A stretch of 64,000 nt of DNA, counting the filler, from Jimgerdemannia flammicorona (Eukaryota), in assembly GCA_003990765.1 (NCBI GenBank). It is 3 parts of 3 records of this genome, joined end to end, with 100 filler letters (N's around TTAATTAATTAA, not from the genome) between each part and the next. Parts side by side here need not be neighbours in the genome. Positions count along the whole stretch, not along the records: positions 42,951 to 64,000 come from RBNJ01001543.1; 2 more parts are not named here. One strand, given 5' to 3'. Both the position numbers and the translations under genes were made by a program. Shown here in pieces: positions 53,875-64,000 of this stretch. A model generated the notes under the pieces. That model was given only the letters and a program-made list of their open reading frames with translations. It was not told the DNA's origin and ran no database searches. Numbering within the stretch: the stretch's first letter is position 1; every line of letters starts with the position of its first letter.

Positions 53875-55959
53875 ATGGCTCAATATAACTACCTCTACCT
53901 TTTTAACATTTCAAACTCCTTCGAAATTTTATAAGAAGAATTTGACAAACTTTGGCCACTTGTTACCAATGTTTGGAGTCATTATTCAGATAGTTTTCTA
54001 GCAAAAAGAGATGAATGGACAGTATATATATTTTCTCTCAAAGTGGCATCAGTCTAGTATATATCAAGAGGGTGTTGAACCTGAGAAGCATAGAAAAATG
54101 AATATTTGTGACCCTAATCTCTGCTCTGCCAAAATTCAAATTACTAGAATCTCTTCTACATAAACTGTGCATATTGAACTATTTGGCCCAGGATCTACTA
54201 TTCATACTTATCCAATTGATGAGATTGATATACTCAAGAAGTCTCAGACATTGCTTGATCTTGTAACTGAGGAGACTGTGAAGAGTTATCAGCCACCAGA
54301 TATTGCTATATTAGTAAAAGAAAGTGCTATAGCAAAACTGGGTGAAGGAAGTGGAGTATAATATCTTCGAACAAAGGATATTGCAAACATTCAATAAGTT
54401 GTGTGGGAACTAGTCAATACATATCTCATTGAAAGTGAAGATTTGAAGATAGACATTACAGAGACTCTTAAATTTTTACTAGAAAATAGATATCACATTT
54501 AAGAAATATCTTCATCCTCTACTTTATCTTCTACCTCATCTTTTATCTCATCTTCTACCTCATCTTCTACCTCATCTTCTACCTCATCTTCTATCTCATC
54601 TTCTACATTCATTCTGCCTAAACAAGAATTTGTTTTTGCTATCTCAGAGTAATCTCAAAAACTTTCAAAATATGGCTGGCTGATACTTATTGACTCAACA
54701 TACAAGACAAACAAGTGGGACTGGCAGTTGTTTATCTTATACATTCATGATGATATTGGATACTAATATATAGATAGACACTTCTTTGTAGATAGAGAAG
54801 ATAATACTATCATAACTTAGATACTTAAGATAGTTCGAAGGTTTTTACCCAACTAAAGTCCTTGATATATTCTTTCTGATCAGAGTACCATTGAAGCTAA
54901 TATGTACTATCAATAAGGTCTTTCAAGGTCTAGAAGCTGGTGAGATGAAATGTACTATTATTTTGTATACAGTTCATATTATGTGAACATAGATATTAAA
55001 GATATATGGTGATGCTGCCTGCAATAAGATGATTCTGACTATGCATTGATGAACTAAAGCTAACTGTAAGGAGAATATACAGCAAGCAATTGAGCTTGCT
55101 CCCACTTCAGCCATCAAAAATTACATTATGAAGAACTATGCTAATAATATAGAGAAGTAGGCACTATGGGCTCACCAATACTCACTACTTCTGCTTCAAG
55201 TAACAACTACCAATACTGTAGAATCATTTCACAGTGAGCTCAAGACTACTATATCATCCTCTCATAGTTTAATTGGTATGTTTACTTTTTTTTATTATTA
55301 ATTAATTTTATAATTTTAATATTAATAATTATTTAATTGATTTTTATAATTTAATAATAATATTTTAAACTACAGGTGTATGTATGAAGACTATCAAGCT
55401 TGATACCAAGAAGAGCCAGAATGCTCAATGAGCAGAATTGCAATTTCATACTCATAAACTCTCTATTGCTGCTGTTGATAATGCTGTTCTTACTGAAATC
55501 TACAAGTTCCCCTATTCTCTCCAGTGACTTCTTGCTGATGAGGCCCTTTTTGTACTGAACTGAATTGAGAAAGAGAAAGCCCCACTAGGATTGATTAATG
55601 CTGAGTATTATTGTCGATTTTTCATGCATTACTTGATATTATATCAATATGTTTTTCATAAGCATTTTCACAGAACAACAAAGCTACTCATAGAGTATAT
55701 CTGGTAAGATTTTCAAGATATGTTTGCTAAGGCTGGATATTCAGTATATGAGCATCATGAAATAGTTGAAGTTCATGAGTTTGAGACCAAGGAGCAGAGA
55801 GAGGCTGAGAATTTGTGGTTGGAAATGAATGAGATAATAGAGAGATTTCATAATTCATTTTGGTGGATTTTAGATAATGGTGACAATGCAAAGACAGTTG
55901 AATTTCTTCAACATGTGCAAGCATCAATTGAGCCAATTCTTGAGGCCTATCGCCTTTGA
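53875..55959 (+). pseudogene. MULE transposase with SWIM-like finger
   Basis: IDSTYKTNKW, ILSDQS, TVHIM, TTTNTVESFHSELK, an intron at ~55276-55375 and a decayed CxC...CxH. Multiple stops and frameshifts. Confidence 0.88.
54511..54607. repeat. 12-bp tandem repeat TCTTCTACCTCA (Ser/Thr-rich insert) in the MULE ORF
   Basis: About 8 imperfect units, read directly. Confidence 0.85.
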
Positions 55960-55966
55960 GTTTTTG

Positions 55967-56005
<39 letters not shown>

Positions 56006-56238
56006 TTTTCATTTATCGCATGTTACCGATTTCTCCAAATTGAGTTACTGTGGAAGTTTATACGGCCACTTGGGCCGGCCACTTGGGTCTGTGACTGTTG
56101 CCGCTCTAGCGAACCCCCCGAATTTGGCAATTCGAATTGATCATGTGATGAATTCGAACCGATTCGAATTGATCATGTGATGAATTCGAACAGATTCGAA
56201 TTCGAACTGATTCGAATTGACTCGTTCGGAGCACTATT

Positions 56239-56597
56239 CATATCTACAAGAAGATATAATATCTCTGTAAAAGCTACTATATTATACTACTGCTAGAGTT
56301 CTGAATCCGGAAGATAATTGCTTGAAAATGATATGTATGATGTGCACATGGATACACTATTGCTTCTGCAAGCATATCAACAAGGCACATGAGCATTCCT
56401 GATACTGGGTTGTCCTGTGTATGGGTAGATCCAAGACATTCCACTGCCCAAACCCGCATTACACGTCATCAGAGCTTGACAGAGACATCAACGCTGCCTA
56501 CAACGTCTTCCTGCACTACCTCACTGTGAACTACACGCAAGAAGAGCCAGTTACCCCAGCATTGGGGCCTACCCCTTCAAGGCTCTCGGATAACTAG
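56239..56597 (+). pseudogene. Fanzor/TnpB (IS607/Fanzor2-like) C-terminal fragment
   Basis: Reads YLCKSYYIILLLEF, then after a frameshift KMICMMCTWIHYCFCKHINKAHEHS*YWVVLCM GRSKTFHCPNPHYTSSELDRDINAAYNVFLHYL...ALGPTPSRLSDN*. These match the WxHYRF, SKxFxC..C and DRDxNAAxN motifs. Confidence 0.8.
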
Positions 56598-56655
56598 GGT
56601 CTTGTGCAGGACTTGTGCATTCCACAATTTAGACTTATAGAAATATGAGTTTTTA

Positions 56656-59661
<3,006 letters not shown>

Positions 59662-59791
59662 TACCCTTCGCTTCAAAAAGACAGCTTCGTGGTGACCATA
59701 TATTGTATGTATTAGGAACGCGTCTTATAGACACATCACGTGATGCCTGCAGATTGTCAATCACATGATCTGGATAGTTAAGATTTAAGCT

Positions 59792-60518
59792 TAGTACTCT
59801 CAAATAAATCAAGTTATAATAATTTATTAAAAATACATTAAAATTTAATGTTTTTTATTATTAAATTTATCTTAATTAGTATTTCTAATTAAATTAAATT
59901 AAATTAAATTGAGTTTAATTTAATAAAAATAAAAATAAATTTAAAATTTATTAAATTTGAATATATATTTTTAAATTTTGAAAAATTAGATTTATATTAA
60001 ATTTTAACTTTTAATTTATATAATTTATATAATAATTTTACTATTATAACTTATTTTTATATCTTTTCTCTAATCTTTCTTTATTATTTTTTAAATATTT
60101 TACAATATTCTAAATACTTAGAAATTATCTCTTAATACTAAGACTTTACTAGAATATTTTATCTTTTTTCAATATTAAGTATCTCTTTAAGCTACTTTAG
60201 ACTAATACTAAATTAATTTAATTTGAAATATTTAAATTAAATTGAGAACTAATTTAATTTAAATTTCAATTTGAATCTTAATTTTAAAAATTCAATAATA
60301 TGATAAAAATATATCTAAATTTAATATAATTTAACTTATTAAATTCAACTTATTTAAAAAAATCCAATATAATAAAAATTATCAAATTTAGATATATTTT
60401 GATTGAGTTATTATATTTCAAAGTTTGACTCTTAATTTTGAATCAAATTAGACCTTAATTTAATTTAATTAAAATTAACTCTAATTTAATTTATTTTAAT
60501 TTTTTTTTAAAAGTACTA
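59792..60518. mobile_element. Very decayed member of the TAGTGCTC/TTCGAA TIR family
   Basis: Ends TAGTACTC... and ...AGTACTA, with TTTAAATT/TTCAAA repeats consistent with decayed TTCGAA. A similar end lies at ~39479-39660. Confidence 0.45.
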
Positions 60519-60660
60519 CTTTAAACTTTTTAAAATTTTCTAAATTTAAATATTTCTTAAAAACTAAAATTATTATACTTAATAATAATAATAAAGTTAT
60601 ATCTTATCTTATTAAAATATCTTATATAAATTTAAAAATAAGTTACAATTAGTTATAAGT

Positions 60661-61841
60661 CAGCTCCTTTCTCCGCTACCTTACCAGTCACAAGGTTTGG
60701 TAGGCGAGCTTCCGAGTCCCCTTTCCCCTAATATTACCCCCTCTACCTTGGGTTGGTTTGCTGTCCCTGTAGGGGCATAGTGGGAGGAGGGCAATGGTGA
60801 TGAGTTGCCCCTTTATCAGTATCAGATCGGTGCTTCCTCTACTTTTTGCGGATTCTGGTGCCTTCAGCTGCATCTGGGGTATACCCGTTTTGGTGCGGCA
60901 CCTTCTTCCTTTTGCCATCACCAACAAGGAGTTATCTCAGTGTGTCTCAGGCTACGTAGGGAGTTGGCTGACCTTGGGCATCAAGTGCTCAGTGTAGGTT
61001 ACCTACAGGTCCTCGGTGCCTGTGGTGGGGTCCTCTGGCTTTGGCGAGCTTCTCAGCGAGCGCAGTTCTAGCATAGGTGACTGCTTTTTGGGTGTTGTCG
61101 GGATGGGAGGAGAGATGGCCATCACAGATAGGTGGAAGGGTGATTACAGTGAACCAGTAGGGTGCCAGGCTGGGAGCGGTCATCGGGGCTGGGGCAGGTG
61201 CTGCTTCAGTGGGACCTTTTGATTGGTGCAGTGTGGTTAGGTGGTAGGTATCACTATCGGCTTCTTTTGGCAGTCAGTGGAGTTGGGCCCCAGTCATCAG
61301 GGAGGGTCAGGAGGCCTGAGGCTACCCATTTCAGGCGTCTTGGCTGCACTCAACTGAAACCGGAAGCTGACATGGCAATGTGATCAAGGCCCACAGGCTT
61401 GAGTAGTGGGGTATTAGGGGTTTCCTCCCGCCTCACGTGTAAGTCCTTTACTCACCTCAACTAGGAGAACCAGGCCCTACCCACCATGTTGTGCTTTGAT
61501 GAGGGTTTTTTATTTGCCTGTCATTCTCTTTAGGGTGGCAGGGGCTATTCTATTCGGCTCGGGCATGGCCTTGTACATACGTTGGGTTCTCAGGCATGCG
61601 CTTTTGGTTGTTGACATATGGTTGGGTTTCCCCTGGTGGTAGGGAGAGCATGGTGCGCAGAATGAGGTGTGGGCTTATTAGCCCTGCTGCGCCTGGTATG
61701 GTTGAGCTGCTGGATAATAGCTAGCCTAGGTTAATGGGGGGGCAGTGCTTGGTGGGTGGTGGGGGAGGGTTTTGGCCTATATAGTCTAGGTTCCCTTCCA
61801 ATAAAAATCTGTAGGACATGAGTCTGTTAAACAAAAAAAAA
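60661..61841 (+). mobile_element. ~1.2 kb poly(A) retroposon, copy 2
   Basis: 16-bp TSD ACAATTAGTTATAAGT (60645-60660 and 61842-61857), AATAAA and an A-tail. Confidence 0.92.
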
Positions 61842-62204
61842 ACAATTAGTTATAAGTTTAAAATAACTAATAATAGAGAAATTGACTTAATTAAATTATT
61901 CTATAGTTAGCAATATAGATTTAGAAACTCTAACAAATTTAGAGAAAATCTAAATAATATAGTATATCAGATTTAAAATCTATAAATATAATTAGAAAAT
62001 TAGTAAATAAAAGATCTATATATTATAATAACTTACTCAATAATTATATATATGTATTAGTTTTAAGTTACTTAAGTTAGATATCTTTAATAACCACTGA
62101 GAAGAACTATCTATTAATATATATATATCTAGATCTTTTAAGTAGATTAATATTTTGAGCTTATAAAAATAAAAAAAGAAATATAAGTTTAATTTATCAT
62201 TATT

Positions 62205-63672
62205 TGTAAGTGTACAACCCACAAGCCACTGAAATCACACGCGACCTCCGAACAAATCTGAAAATCACCTGCTTGATCATGAAGCTGAGTCAAGCTAAAG
62301 TCACAGCATACAAAGCTGAGTCAATACAAAGTCACAGAACACAAGATCTACACAAATGGAATCTTACCAATTAGGACCAAATGCATATATACCAAGCACT
62401 GAGACACATCGAAATAGAGAACCAAAACAAACAACAACTACAAACTTCCAAACACACAAACATGACTACCGAGATCTACAACTGTATCCATGCTGACATT
62501 TGGAATGCCATTGTCAACCGAGCCACACCCCCTCTGCCCCTCATGAATATCCATAGCCTAGTACCCCTCTACTTCGTGGAAGCCCGATGGAATGCTCCGA
62601 ACATGCTTAGTAAAGTCCACCGAATCAGACAAATCTCAAGCTACTACCAGATCGGCCGCCTCCTGGAAGACATGGTCAAACACCACCATAATACAAACAT
62701 TATCCAGATGTCTCAATACCAGAAGCTCATCGCCTGCAAACATCGAGAACTCTTCTACGAGTACAGCATCATTATTCCCCACCTCCGAGTTACTACCAGC
62801 AAAATGGTTGCTACTCTGTCCTATGGCCAAATCGATGACATGATATAAGAACTCAACCACAAGTACCTCGAGTATGTCAAAACCACAGACAGAACCTTCC
62901 CACACCCCAATGATCAAATCCTACAAATGCCCCAAGTTGGATACGCCATGAAGGACATCTATGATATAATCCACTTCAATGAAGATGAAGTAGAAGACAA
63001 TGATCCCTCTGATGCCGACATGACCTCTAGCCAAGGATCTCTGCCAACCCTGATCACTCTACCAACCTTGCCAATGAACTTACAATAGTTCATAATAGCA
63101 TACGAGACTTATTGGGACAATGACTACTGGCACGAATACCAACCTGCATTCACCCCCAATTACTTCAACTATAATGAAGAGACCAGAGAACACAACCTGT
63201 ACCTTCAGACAACCCTCGAGATTGAACCAACCACTCTACCACCTGAGTATGAGTGACATGAACCACAGCCACCAGCATACTATAACCCTGCAACTCACAG
63301 TGCCATAACCTATAGAAGGTATGCAGATAGTGAATCCAATGAAAGTGAAGACAATACATCCATCCTTCACCCACCAATACCTTATCCAGTATACAAGACA
63401 GATGATGCTATCCTGTGGGATGGAGACGAAGTTCCAATATACTATTACCTCAGCAAACAAGGAGAAGTAATCTGCGAACCACTCTTCCTAGATGACTACT
63501 TCATCAGAGATAATGCAATCGATGGTGATGTCATTGAAGACTACCCAGACAGCACCTAAACCCATAAATAACCTAGCAGTCATAGTATAGTTAGACTAGC
63601 ATTGTATGATGTGACTGTGAACTGACTCAGCAGTCAGACGATCTCTTGACATATCAGATCACACTTACAGTA
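62205..63672 (+). repeat. Least-decayed family A LTR (5' or solo), interrupted by retroposon copy 3
   Basis: TGTAAG start with no upstream PPT. Retains many CpGs lost in the other copies. Confidence 0.9.
62381..63559 (+). pseudogene. Accessory ORF-X in U3 of the family A LTR (~392 aa)
   Basis: One frame with three stops (62846, 63086, 63254), each C->T-type and each a sense codon in other copies of the LTR. Confidence 0.75.
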
Positions 63673-64000
63673 CAGCTCCTTTCTCCGCTACCTTACCGGT
63701 CACAAGGTTTGGTAGGCGACCTTCCGAGTCCCCTTTCCCCTATTATTACCCCCTCTACCTCGGGTTGGTTTGCTGTGCCTGCAGGGGCATGGTGGGAGGA
63801 GGGCAATGGTGATGAGTTGCCCCTTTATCGGTGTCAGATCGGTGCTTCCTCCACTTTTTCGCGGATTCTGGTGCCTTCAGCTGCGTCTGGGGTGTACCCG
63901 TTTTGGTGCGGCACCTTCTTCCTTTTGCCGTCGCCAACAAGGTGTTGTCTCGGTGTGTCTCGGGCTACGTAGGGAGTCGGCCGACCTTGGGCGTCAAGTG
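63673..64000 (+). mobile_element. ~1.2 kb poly(A) retroposon, copy 3 (runs off the window)
   Basis: Same 5' end CAGCTCCTTTCTCCGCTACC as copy 2; the most CpG-rich copy. Confidence 0.88.

Larger units (their letters stand above)
53479..56117 (+). mobile_element. MULE/Mutator DNA transposon
   Basis: TIRs of ~55 bp beginning GGGGTT(C/T)GCTAGAGCGGCAACAGTCACAGACCCAAGTGGC. Flanks TGGAATTTG / CCGAATTTG match 7/9, a possible 9-bp TSD. Confidence 0.88.
52974..56236. mobile_element. Non-autonomous TIR element (hAT-like ends TAGTGCTCCGAACGAGTC) with TTCGAA subterminal repeats, hosting nested inserts
   Basis: Left TAATGCTCCAAACAAGTC is the G->A-decayed inverse of right GACTCGTTCGGAGCACTA. No TSD found. 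Confidence 0.7.

Noticed and set aside
55956..56180. Poly-Tyr/poly-Leu ORFs (also poly-Phe/Lys ORFs at 28122-28449)
   Set aside because: Translations of a (TAT)n microsatellite and T-tracts.
60661..60725. tRNA-derived SINE head (TTCCGAGTCCC as B box)
   Set aside because: Poor B-box match, with no A box or cloverleaf.
61000..61035. HDV-like ribozyme in the retroposon (AGG TCCTCGGTG CCT)
   Set aside because: No convincing P1/P1.1/P2 pairing; it folds as a simple hairpin and is far from the 5' end.

Overview
Eukaryotic, intron-containing DNA, most likely from an early-diverging fungus (Mucoromycota-like; this is inference). Two small gene islands sit among nested, C->T/G->A-decayed transposons. 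The first island (~22.8-30.1 kb) holds a DUF924 + FSH1 hydrolase + DUF2828-like + RNI-LRR fusion gene, SPC1 and ESA1. The second (~56.7-59.7 kb) holds CHK1. The repeats are: three near-full-length copies plus one LTR of a dUTPase-carrying Ty3/Gypsy chromovirus (family A, 1.5-2 kb LTRs); a second dUTPase-carrying Ty3/Gypsy family (E) and a decayed relative (G); a solo LTR of a third family (F); three copies of a ~1.2 kb poly(A)-tailed non-coding retroposon; hAT/MULE/foldback DNA elements; and a decayed Fanzor/TnpB C-terminal fragment next to CHK1. Main candidate novelty: three LTR families with dissimilar LTRs each carry a homologue of one unknown accessory protein, either in U3 or just before the PPT. 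Family A also has interchangeable U3 cargo cassettes, and a CPHG...CxxC module sits next to dUTPase in two families with different domain orders. Two N-gaps contain an artificial TTAATTAATTAA linker, so adjacency across them is unproven.
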